A DNA stretch of 64,000 bases from an uncultured Candidatus Saccharibacteria bacterium. GTDB lineage: Bacteria; Patescibacteriota; Dojkabacteria; J137. A model generated the notes under the pieces. The model was not told the DNA's origin and did no database searches. It saw only the letters and a list, made by a program, of their open reading frames with translations. Of this stretch, positions 9,385-17,539 are shown piece by piece; positions within the stretch are counted from its first letter, which is position 1; every line of letters begins with the position of its first letter. The stretch spans positions 930-64,929 of the forward strand of contig CAYMSO010000007.1 of NCBI GenBank assembly GCA_964393185.1. The letters are read 5' to 3'. Both the position numbers and the translations under genes were made by a program.

Positions 9385-9506
9385 AGCGATAACTCTTTTG
9401 AAAAATTACATTGCATTATGCCATTAATTTTAAATAGCATCAAGCAAGCCTTAATCACTTTATAGATACTCCCTGCCTTCAATAAGATCTGAATTATCTC
9501 TAAAGC

Positions 9507-9541
9507 ATTTGTAAATTAATCTTATCGATACATTTACAAAT
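9507..9541. promoter_or_regulatory. 10-bp perfect inverted repeat (atttgtaaat / atttacaaat), 15-nt spacer, in a divergent intergenic region
   Basis: Read directly at 9507-9516 and 9532-9541, about 90-110 nt upstream of the TasA-like gene. Candidate operator only. Confidence 0.3.
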
Positions 9542-9626
9542 ACTTTACTGTGAGTAAATTTTAGGTTTACCAACCACAAATATATTATACCTATGTTCTT
9601 GTTTTGGCCAGTAGCCAATACAGTAC

Positions 9627-10283
9627 ATGTATTTTATTTGTTACTTATTTTGTATGGATAGAAGAATTTTTGCAAGCATGCTAACTATTCTTTCTTTAAT
9701 AGCTGTAGTTGGAGGCAGCGCCCTAGCAATATTTAGGGATTTCGAACATATCCGTGGCAATACATTATCTGCTGGCACAGTTGATATTGAGCTGACCGAT
9801 GGTACAGCACAATTTCCTAATCCAATTGTTGCAGAAGGTTTACTGCCAGGTGAATTTAGTAATTGGTCACGAGTTCTAGTTACTAATAATTCAAGTTCAG
9901 ACGTAAAGCTATATTTCTATGTTACTGATTTGCATGGTGCGGCATGTACCGATACTAAGTTAGAGGTAGCAACCGGCCTTACAAATGTAAACGAACATGA
10001 ATTTAGTGTATTTAACTCAAACATCAATAACATACACGGAATTTACAACAAAGTAGAACTGACTGGATATGTATTTGATCCTGACATGCCAGTAAACGAA
10101 GTGGCAGCAGTTCAAATGAGAGCAGGTTTAGATGCAAATGCCGGAAACAATTCAATGAACGGTTCTTGCAATTGGACTGCAGTGTTTGTAGCGGAGCCTT
10201 CGACTGAGGTCGATGTAGAACCTCCAACCTCTTATCCCGTATCTTCACCTGAAGATCACGAAGATAAGAAAGATAGAGATTAA
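9627..10283 (+). CDS. TasA/camelysin-family secreted protein with SipW-cognate signal peptide
   Basis: LTILSLIAVVGGSALAIFRDFEHIRGNTLSAGTVDIEL matches the SipW-dependent signal/N-terminal motif (A.F.D.E....N.f.aGt.di.L). About 200 aa, with an adjacent SipW gene. The true start is probably the internal MDRRIF (9654). Confidence 0.7.
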   Translation: MYFICYLFCMDRRIFASMLTILSLIAVVGGSALAIFRDFEHIRGNTLSAGTVDIELTDGTAQFPNPIVAEGLLPGEFSNWSRVLVTNNSSSDVKLYFYVTDLHGAACTDTKLEVATGLTNVNEHEFSVFNSNINNIHGIYNKVELTGYVFDPDMPVNEVAAVQMRAGLDANAGNNSMNGSCNWTAVFVAEPSTEVDVEPPTSYPVSSPEDHEDKKDRD

Positions 10284-10299
10284 GTAAGCGCATGCTTTT

Positions 10300-10328
10300 G
10301 GTTGTCCGCACTAGCGGACAACCTTTTT
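10300..10328 (+). terminator. intrinsic terminator (10-bp GC-rich stem, 4-nt loop, T5)
   Basis: ggttgtccgc-acta-gcggacaacc-ttttt, 17 nt after the TasA-like stop and 19 nt before the sipW start. Confidence 0.7.
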
Positions 10329-10346
10329 AATCATTAATAAGCAACA

Positions 10347-10880
10347 ATGAAAACATTGATAAAAATACTATATTATTTATTCATATTTGCTATATTTATT
10401 TTGCTAATTCTTACTTTTTTATCTGCAGTTGGAGTACCCAAGAACAATAGAGTATTCGTTGTAGAAACTGGTTCAATGCAACCTGAAATTAAAAAAGGTA
10501 GTTTAATTATAGTTCGTCCGGAAACTTCTTATAAAATTGGAGATATAATTACCTACAAAGCTTTTTCCGAACTTGGAGGTCCTAAAGAGTTAACAATTAC
10601 TCACAGAATTAAAAGTATTAAAGTAAACGAAGTAGGAGACACTTACTTCGAAACCAAGGGCGATGCAAATGATGATGTTGACCCATTCCAAACTAATCAA
10701 ATTGATGTTGTTGGTAAAGTAAACTTTCATATTCCTTTTATTGGCTATTTGATAGGATTTGCCAAAACTGGATTGGGGTTCCTTCTTTTAATACTTATTC
10801 CTTCTATTATTATTATTCTGTTGGAAGTAAAAAGTATTCTAAGTAATTACAATAGACTTGATAATACTAAAAAGAGCTAG
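10347..10880 (+). CDS. sipW: signal peptidase I, SipW/archaeal-ER type (S26B)
   Basis: N-terminal TM, catalytic Ser box ETGSMQPEIKKGSLIIV, His box ITHRI, GDAN motif and a C-terminal TM anchor. Confidence 0.8.
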   Translation: MKTLIKILYYLFIFAIFILLILTFLSAVGVPKNNRVFVVETGSMQPEIKKGSLIIVRPETSYKIGDIITYKAFSELGGPKELTITHRIKSIKVNEVGDTYFETKGDANDDVDPFQTNQIDVVGKVNFHIPFIGYLIGFAKTGLGFLLLILIPSIIIILLEVKSILSNYNRLDNTKKS

Positions 10881-11161
10881 CTTTGATTTGTGCATACCTG
10901 TAAGGCTGCTAGGAACTTTAAGTTAATACATAATTATTAGATTTTTATTCAGTTGATTAAACATTTAGCCATGTCTATAAGTTTAAGATACAAGCTTTCA
11001 GCAGTTGGATAAATGTTGTTATAATGCTAAAATAATGGCGATTATTATGATTATACTAGCTTAGTTTTGCGATACAGCACTACTTTAAAAACTATTTGTT
11101 TCAAAATTGAAGAGTTATGTTAGCTCTGAGTTTTTGGAAATTTATGTATTGATGCCTTATA

Positions 11162-11215
11162 GGTGGTCATAGCTAACTTGGTACCTGCCTGCTATCGCAG
11201 TCAGGCACTGAACGT
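11162..11215 (+). pseudogene. duplicated 5' portion of tRNA-His (degenerate)
   Basis: 11162-11183 (ggtggtcatagctaacttggta) matches the first 22 nt of tRNA-His (11263-11284) at 20/22, exactly 101 nt upstream. A ggcactg box is also shared. There is no T-arm or 3' acceptor strand. Confidence 0.5.
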
Positions 11216-11262
11216 AAATTTCTAGTATAGAGGCTATATTTAAATTGGAATGATACTTCGTT

Positions 11263-11339
11263 GGTGGTCATAGCTCAGTTGGTAGAGCGCCAGTTTGTGG
11301 CACTGGATGTCGAGGGTTCGAGCCCCTCTGATCACCCCA
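11263..11339 (+). tRNA. tRNA-His (anticodon GTG) with encoded G-1 and CCA
   Basis: Manual fold: g(-1)-gtggtca-ta-gctc-agttggt-agagc-g-ccagt-TT[GTG]GC-actgg-atgtc-gaggg-ttcgagc-ccctc-tgatcac-c-cca. Confidence 0.9.
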
Positions 11340-11345
11340 ATTTAT

Positions 11346-12818
11346 CTATTTCTCCACATTTTTTACGGATAACAATGTTAACCAAGGCTCCTTGAAGTTC
11401 AAGCGGATCTGCTTGTCTTCTAAAATGATGTTTTCACCAATTGCCTTAAAAAGTCGTGTACGTTCCTCCCAAGTTCCTTGCCAGAATATCTTTTCCAGAC
11501 TAAATGCATAGTCAAAGAATTTCTCAAACACATTTCGCACCTCATCACGGTTAAATCCAATACTATCCTGTATTTCGCTGAGTTCGACCTGTCTTCTGTT
11601 AAGGGGTTCACGATGTTCTTCATACTCTTCCTTGGATAATTCACCTTCCAGACGCATTGTCAGAAGCCTATCAAGCTTCTCAGAGATTTTATCGAGTTCG
11701 GCAGAGTTCTCCTTCCTTTTATTAATCTCAAAAACAAATTCTTCATCTAGCTTTCTAAGCACTATCTTCTTAAGTTTCTCTACCTGCTCCTGATTTAGTT
11801 CAACACTTTTAAGCTGCTCAACAATCATTGTTTCCATCTGGTCAACGGTTATTGGATCATTCCCGCAGTTACCGTTCTTCTTTGTGCAAACAAGATAATA
11901 GTACTCTCTACCACTCTTTTTAGTCTTTTTGTATGCAGTAATGCTAAGTCCGCATTTACCACACTTCATTAGCTTGCGATAAGGTAGATCATGTTTGCTT
12001 TGTGAAGGCTTCATTTTGTCATTAAGAATATCCTGCAAACGATACCATTGTGATTTTGAGATTAGCGGCTCCCACTTGCCGACAGTCTCAGGATAATCCC
12101 CATATCTGAATACACCGCAATAAACCGGATTCCTCAGTATTCTATGAACCATAGATTTAGTGTAAGCTTTACCTTTTTTAGTCTGCACTCCCATCTCTTT
12201 AAGTAATCTCCATGCCTGCGCACAATTCATCTTCTGATCAATAATCTTCTCAACCCACTGTGAATAAAAATGTCCCCACTTTGGATCTGGTGCAATAGTT
12301 TTAGTTCCTTTAACCTGACCGACATTTACATAGAAGGCTGGTGCAGAGGTAGGCCACTCGCCTCGCATAATCTTCTCTCTAATACCACGTTTTGTGTTGT
12401 AACTTAGCTCTTTTGAGTACTGTGAATTACTTCCTGATAAAACACCAAACATAATGTCATTTGTTGTGCTATCTAGTACCTCCATAGGTGTTCGTATCTC
12501 GATAATTTGCCTGTCAGTCAGCATCTGACCAATTATGCCGCTCTCTAACTGATTCCTGCTTATTCTATTCAAGTGCCAACAAGCAATTCGAGAACATTTA
12601 CCTGCCTTTATCTCATCAATCATTTTGTTGAATTCCTTGCGCTTATAAGGAATCTTAGCTGATTTCTCTTCTTGGAATATTTTTTTAATGGTAAGATTAT
12701 TTTTAGCAGCATACTCCTTCATTTCACGTATCTGAGCGGGAATTGAGAGTTGCTGCTTGCCTTTATCTTCGCTACTTTTGCGACAGTAAAGGAAGTACTC
12801 CTGTTTTTTTGACTCCAT
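11346..12818 (-). CDS. large serine recombinase
   Basis: Resolvase catalytic domain (YCRKSSEDKGKQQLSIPAQ; HLNRISRN), recombinase domain, zinc ribbon (CGKCGLSITAY...CTKKNGNCG) and a C-terminal coiled coil. 490 aa. Confidence 0.85.
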   Translation of the reverse strand: MESKKQEYFLYCRKSSEDKGKQQLSIPAQIREMKEYAAKNNLTIKKIFQEEKSAKIPYKRKEFNKMIDEIKAGKCSRIACWHLNRISRNQLESGIIGQMLTDRQIIEIRTPMEVLDSTTNDIMFGVLSGSNSQYSKELSYNTKRGIREKIMRGEWPTSAPAFYVNVGQVKGTKTIAPDPKWGHFYSQWVEKIIDQKMNCAQAWRLLKEMGVQTKKGKAYTKSMVHRILRNPVYCGVFRYGDYPETVGKWEPLISKSQWYRLQDILNDKMKPSQSKHDLPYRKLMKCGKCGLSITAYKKTKKSGREYYYLVCTKKNGNCGNDPITVDQMETMIVEQLKSVELNQEQVEKLKKIVLRKLDEEFVFEINKRKENSAELDKISEKLDRLLTMRLEGELSKEEYEEHREPLNRRQVELSEIQDSIGFNRDEVRNVFEKFFDYAFSLEKIFWQGTWEERTRLFKAIGENIILEDKQIRLNFKEPWLTLLSVKNVEK

Positions 12819-13026
12819 TCAATGTTGTTAATAATTTAAATATGCGGTTGTTTTCTACCGCAGTTAGTATCCATGTTGCCATAGTGTTTGATCTAGGTGA
12901 TAGTCTATTCTCTATAGGTATAAGTTAATAATTAAATAATTAAAATAAAAATAAGTAAGTATATACATAAATACCTATATAGCTTATAAGTAATATAGGT
13001 AAAGACTATAAATATAGGTTTTATTC

Positions 13027-13335
13027 TTATACTTCTTCATCTGGTGTATTATCAGGTTCTTCCCCAGACTCTACTTTGTCCCAGAATGCTTTATATTTAG
13101 CTAATAAAAAGTCCTCAAACTTTATTCTGTCTTCTTCGTTTGGTATCCAAAAACACTTCATCTTGCCGTATATAGCTGGTGGTGTAACAAATAGGCTGCC
13201 AGTTCTACGATTCTCCATTATTCGAATGTGTGTGACTCTAACGCCATAGTAATTTATAGCTGCAAGAGCTTTGATATAACCTTTGTTTTTGAGCTGTATC
13301 TCTACGGTCATTTCAGTTAAGTTAAGTTTGCTCAT
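13027..13335 (-). CDS. hypothetical protein (weak SpoVG-like resemblance)
   Basis: MTVEIQLKNKGYIKALAAINYYGVRVTHIRIMENRRTGSLFVTPPA loosely follows the SpoVG pattern (M.V......kA.asi.....v.v.dIrv......fV.mP). Tentative. Confidence 0.35.
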   Translation of the reverse strand: MSKLNLTEMTVEIQLKNKGYIKALAAINYYGVRVTHIRIMENRRTGSLFVTPPAIYGKMKCFWIPNEEDRIKFEDFLLAKYKAFWDKVESGEEPDNTPDEEV

Positions 13336-13415
13336 TTTTTATCTGTCTTAATATTTGAGCTACTATGATCTCTGCAATTACTTGCAACAGATCATCAAGA
13401 GTCTCCTGTTTTGGT

Positions 13416-13733
13416 TTAGTTTTGCTTCTTGCCATCTTTTATAAATTCTTCCCATTCTGTTGGAATGTATGCCTGCTTTCGACCCTCATCGAGATAGAAC
13501 CCCGAAACTCGTACTGCCCTAAGCACTTGTGAGCGATTCCAGACGAACTGTGGAGACCTGTAAAAGCCGTACTTGATGATGAAGTACAAAAGTAGATAAT
13601 CACCAATCAAGTTGATACTGGAGAGCTTCCTGAGAGCTTTAAAAACTCCTGAAAGCGATCTATTAGGATTGCTTGAAAGCAAATACTCCAGCTTTGGCAT
13701 TGCAGACTCCAATGACTGAACTGCACCCAACAT
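13416..13733 (-). CDS. hypothetical protein
   Basis: 105-aa ORF. No family recognised. Confidence 0.35.
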   Translation of the reverse strand: MLGAVQSLESAMPKLEYLLSSNPNRSLSGVFKALRKLSSINLIGDYLLLYFIIKYGFYRSPQFVWNRSQVLRAVRVSGFYLDEGRKQAYIPTEWEEFIKDGKKQN

Positions 13734-13830
13734 AATTTAAAAATAAAAATTTAAGTTGGTGCGATTATGCCAAGCTAGGAGCGTAAAGTCAGTGAATACC
13801 TAGTGGAACATTTGTGGAATTCTGGTGATA

Positions 13831-15126
13831 CTAATTTGTAGTTACTATTAGACCGTAACCGTATTTTGTTGAAGATTGGATTAGCTTCTTTAAAGCCTCT
13901 TTATTACTTGTGTCTTGAAATTTATCGATGAGATTTCTGCGAACGTATTTGATACTTTCACCGTATGCTTCATGTGCAGGCACGTCGTCAAACCTAGGGT
14001 TATAAATACCAATTGCTTCAGCAATATCTTGATAGCCTACAAAATTACCTTTATTCACAATAAGTAATTTAATAAACTTCCCTCCCTGACTTGCGGGACT
14101 TAAGGTTATATTTTCGCCTTTAAAGTTGAGTAGACTATTCGCTGGTTGATATTCAAGTCCTCCATATTCAACAGTACCTTTCAACATATCAACTAATTCA
14201 GCAATTATTGTACTGTTCTCGAGTTCAACTTCTTCTTTAAGAATCGCATATAAATCCTCAACTCTACTAAAATGAATTTCAAATTTCAGAGACTCACCAT
14301 TATTAAACTTCGAATGGAAATCTGACAATGCTTTGCGATATTCACCTAAGTATACTTTTAGTCCCTGAATAGTAATTGCCCTCATGCGAATTAAATACTC
14401 TACTACACTAGTGTACTTAATCTTTACTACTAGATATGGCTTCCCGAATTCATCATCTTCATTAGATTCATAGAAATCATATGATCTCACACTTAAATCT
14501 TGTTGCTTTATAAATTTAAAAATTTTTGATCTGCTACCTTCTCCTTTAACCTCAGTACGGAATAGATGCAAAAGTTTGATTACTTCAAGAGTCTCAGAAC
14601 TTGTTAGAGATTCCAGGTTAATACTCGGGTCTGTAAAAGTAACAGCAGGTAGAGTAATTGAAGTGAATATAGAAAGATCTTTTTCCGTTTTTCCAACTGC
14701 TTGATCTTCAACTTCGTTCTCAACTATATATTCATCTAGTAAATCTTTAGTTTCAATAATTCTAAATTCAAATGAACCATTTTTTAAATCTTTTATTACA
14801 TTTGGAAACTGTAATATTAGCCATTTAAAGTCAATCTCCTCATCTGGAATGTTAAAGATAAATTTATTATCCTCGAACCAAAATGACTTACTGATAGCAA
14901 ATTGTTTAAGTTGGAGTGGAATGCAAATAACTTGTCTATCGGTTAAAGGTGGTGTGGCTATGTAGTTGTCGGGTTCTATCATTGCGCCAAAAATTGCATT
15001 CGGAACGTAATCTTTATTCCTCTCTAAATAGGAGAGAAGGGAATTAAATTTTAGAATTGTTAGTAATTGTTCTTTGTTTAGCGTGTTCAAAGTATTACTA
15101 AATAATATATATAAATATTTATACAT
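13831..15126 (-). CDS. hypothetical protein with C-terminal OmpR/PhoB-type winged-helix
   Basis: The last ~90 aa (GYQDIAEAIG...ESIKYVRRNLIDKF...STKYGYGLIV) follow the trans_reg_C pattern (...vdvhi.rLRkKl....i.tv.g.GY.l). The N-terminal ~330 aa are unrecognised. Confidence 0.5.
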   Translation of the reverse strand: MYKYLYILFSNTLNTLNKEQLLTILKFNSLLSYLERNKDYVPNAIFGAMIEPDNYIATPPLTDRQVICIPLQLKQFAISKSFWFEDNKFIFNIPDEEIDFKWLILQFPNVIKDLKNGSFEFRIIETKDLLDEYIVENEVEDQAVGKTEKDLSIFTSITLPAVTFTDPSINLESLTSSETLEVIKLLHLFRTEVKGEGSRSKIFKFIKQQDLSVRSYDFYESNEDDEFGKPYLVVKIKYTSVVEYLIRMRAITIQGLKVYLGEYRKALSDFHSKFNNGESLKFEIHFSRVEDLYAILKEEVELENSTIIAELVDMLKGTVEYGGLEYQPANSLLNFKGENITLSPASQGGKFIKLLIVNKGNFVGYQDIAEAIGIYNPRFDDVPAHEAYGESIKYVRRNLIDKFQDTSNKEALKKLIQSSTKYGYGLIVTTN

Positions 15127-15295
15127 CTTTTAGATTTTCAATACTGCCAACTGTTACTTCAATTTTCTCTCATTCCCATCATTTTTTATCTCCGGGATGC
15201 GACCTAAATGCCTTCCGGGCAATCATATTGAAGATTGTGACTTTTTATTCAACTGCGACATTTCAAGGCTACAAATTCGTCACAATTCTCAGTTT

Positions 15296-17539
15296 TCAGC
15301 TTGCATTTATGGCTTGTTCCAAAACCTGATAATGCTGTGGGAAAACAGCCTTTATCATTTCCAAAAGGTAATTTGTATTTTTACGTGCTTCTTCAACTAA
15401 AGACGGATCAAATCCCTTTCCGGTAATATGCGATTGATCATTGCAAAACTTGTAAATCGCAGTTTTTTTATTCTCATCAAAATCGATGCCTTGCAGTTTA
15501 GTGTAAACGGACTCGCTGTTAGGAACCATAAACATAAGGAATGTGTCTAGAACTTTACGTGCTACATTAGGCATATGGTAGGCAGATTCAATAGTCCCCT
15601 CATCAGGACCGAACTGATAGAGTACCTTAAACAGGTATTGGTATTCACTATGATAATCTTGAAGTAAATTATCTAACTTATCAATTGAAGCCTGTCTTTG
15701 TTCATTAACGTATTTATTTTTAATCATGTAATAACTTGCTTTAGGCTTATTACTGCGATGTTCCAACCAATTTAATAATAATCGTAAAAATTCATAGTTA
15801 TGCGTAAACACAAACATCTGCATGCAGTTGCTTACAGCATTTTTTATAAAAGAGAACGCTTGGAATAAAGAATTTGAGTCTAAGCTGGATATAGGATCGT
15901 CAATCACAATAATACCTTCCTCAGATTTAAAATTCTGATCCTTTAGTTGAATTACAAAGTAAACAAAAGCTATGGCTGTCTTCTCACCTTCACTCAACAT
16001 TGTTGCAGGTTTATCTCCTCTAAGAATAAGATAACCTTCACCATCAACTTTAAATACAAGTTCGCTTCTTCCTAAGAATGTTTCTAAGTATGAATTTATC
16101 TCGTCACAGGCTTTATGGGCGCTTGTTACCAATTTTTTATTTTCACTAATCCTGTTTTGAATAGTTTGAATTGATTCATTTTTTCCAGCTTCACCATAAG
16201 TAAGAGTTCTTTGTAACTCTTCACACCCCTCCAGTTCCTTGTCGATTGCAACGACTTCATCATATATCGTACTTAAAAAATGCTGTTCTATCGCATCTTT
16301 AGCAGACTGTTTTGCTTTATCAAACTCTTGAGTCTTCTTATTATGAGAGTTAATTATGGTATTAAAACTTTCGGTTTTAGCTAAAAGGTGACTAACGTCT
16401 ACTAATTTTTGAGGGATTAGTTTTTCGGTAGTTTTCGTCTTCTTTGACTCCAATTCTTTACCAACTTCTGCAATTGCTGAGAGTATTTTAGTTTTTTCTA
16501 AAGTAAAAGACCCAAATTCATTTCTGTAGCTATCCTCTAATTCTTTATAAAAATTTGCTACATCTGGTGCATTTACAGATTCAAGACCGCGATAGAGTGA
16601 TCGTAATCTTTCTAACAATGTATCTATCTCACCTTTTAACTTTTGATCAGCATCGTTAAAGTGATTTGAGAGATCTTTAAGCCTATTTTCCGCTACGTTA
16701 TTTCCACAAAATTCACATGACTTACTATCGTGTTCCTTATGTATTTGCATTCCAGTTTCAACCCAGTTTGATATATCGGCATTGTCTTTAAGTCTTTCAA
16801 TCACAATAGCTTCAACAGTTTTACCTAACAAGGACTTTATTTCAGTTTGTATGCTAGCTAGGGCGACTTCAAATTTCTCACGATTATCCGCACTTTTAGG
16901 CAACTTAATTTCACTTATTTCCGGTTTAACATCTTGAACTACAGTTTGAAGATGTCTGTTAAGATCTTCTTCGCTTAATTCTGCTTTTCCACGCATCTTT
17001 TGAAATGCTTTCTCAGCATGTGTTTTTGTATAGTTTCTAATTAAGGAGCCTTTTGTACCAACACTAATCGTTTTCGCGATCTCAGTGAATTTGCTACCTC
17101 TAGTTTTTTGAAGGCCTGCCATATTGTCTTTACATTCCTTTACTTCAGTATGTACCTTTGTCAGTTTTGCTTCGTCTTTTTCAATTTGCTCAACTAACTC
17201 CTGGTTCTCTTCTCCCAAAATAAATATGCCTTCAGCTTTACCTTCAAGTAATTTAATATTTTTATTTACATAATCCTGATTAAAGATTCTAATCTTATGT
17301 GGATATCGATCTTGAAGTTTATATTTGTTGCTTTTATCATCCTGCACTTCAAATTCTGCATCAGGATATTCTGTGTTTTCTAGATTACTTAAAGCGTAGA
17401 ATAAACGGGTAAGTGTAGTTTTACCGCAACCATTCCAACCATAAATCAGATTAAACTGTTTAAACTCAGGCATAGAGCTGTCCCACTTAAAATCTTCAAA
17501 GATGCCAAATTTTTTTATTTTATTTATACGTTTAATCAT
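15296..17539 (-). CDS. RloC/PrrC-family (AAA_13) ATPase with coiled-coil CxxC zinc-hook insert; candidate anticodon nuclease
   Basis: Walker A (GWNGCGKTTLTRLF), a long helical insert with SCEFCGNN (a CxxC hook as in Rad50/RloC), signature LSEGEKTAIAF, Walker B IIVIDDPISSLD and FTHN. The C-terminal region has NVARKVLDTFL...NDQSH. It overlaps hsdS by 4 nt. Confidence 0.6.
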   Translation of the reverse strand: MIKRINKIKKFGIFEDFKWDSSMPEFKQFNLIYGWNGCGKTTLTRLFYALSNLENTEYPDAEFEVQDDKSNKYKLQDRYPHKIRIFNQDYVNKNIKLLEGKAEGIFILGEENQELVEQIEKDEAKLTKVHTEVKECKDNMAGLQKTRGSKFTEIAKTISVGTKGSLIRNYTKTHAEKAFQKMRGKAELSEEDLNRHLQTVVQDVKPEISEIKLPKSADNREKFEVALASIQTEIKSLLGKTVEAIVIERLKDNADISNWVETGMQIHKEHDSKSCEFCGNNVAENRLKDLSNHFNDADQKLKGEIDTLLERLRSLYRGLESVNAPDVANFYKELEDSYRNEFGSFTLEKTKILSAIAEVGKELESKKTKTTEKLIPQKLVDVSHLLAKTESFNTIINSHNKKTQEFDKAKQSAKDAIEQHFLSTIYDEVVAIDKELEGCEELQRTLTYGEAGKNESIQTIQNRISENKKLVTSAHKACDEINSYLETFLGRSELVFKVDGEGYLILRGDKPATMLSEGEKTAIAFVYFVIQLKDQNFKSEEGIIVIDDPISSLDSNSLFQAFSFIKNAVSNCMQMFVFTHNYEFLRLLLNWLEHRSNKPKASYYMIKNKYVNEQRQASIDKLDNLLQDYHSEYQYLFKVLYQFGPDEGTIESAYHMPNVARKVLDTFLMFMVPNSESVYTKLQGIDFDENKKTAIYKFCNDQSHITGKGFDPSLVEEARKNTNYLLEMIKAVFPQHYQVLEQAINAS

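Noticed and set aside
12819-13026. Repeated atatagg/cctatat motifs in the AT-rich spacer upstream of the recombinase gene, as possible recombinase or regulator binding sites.
   Set aside because: The repeats are only 7-8 nt in a region that is nearly all A/T. I cannot separate them from chance without statistics or conservation data.
15200-15235. ccggga...ttccgg stem downstream of the rloC-like stop, as a terminator.
   Set aside because: It is only a 6-bp stem including a G-U pair, with a 15-nt loop and no U-tract. That is not convincing.
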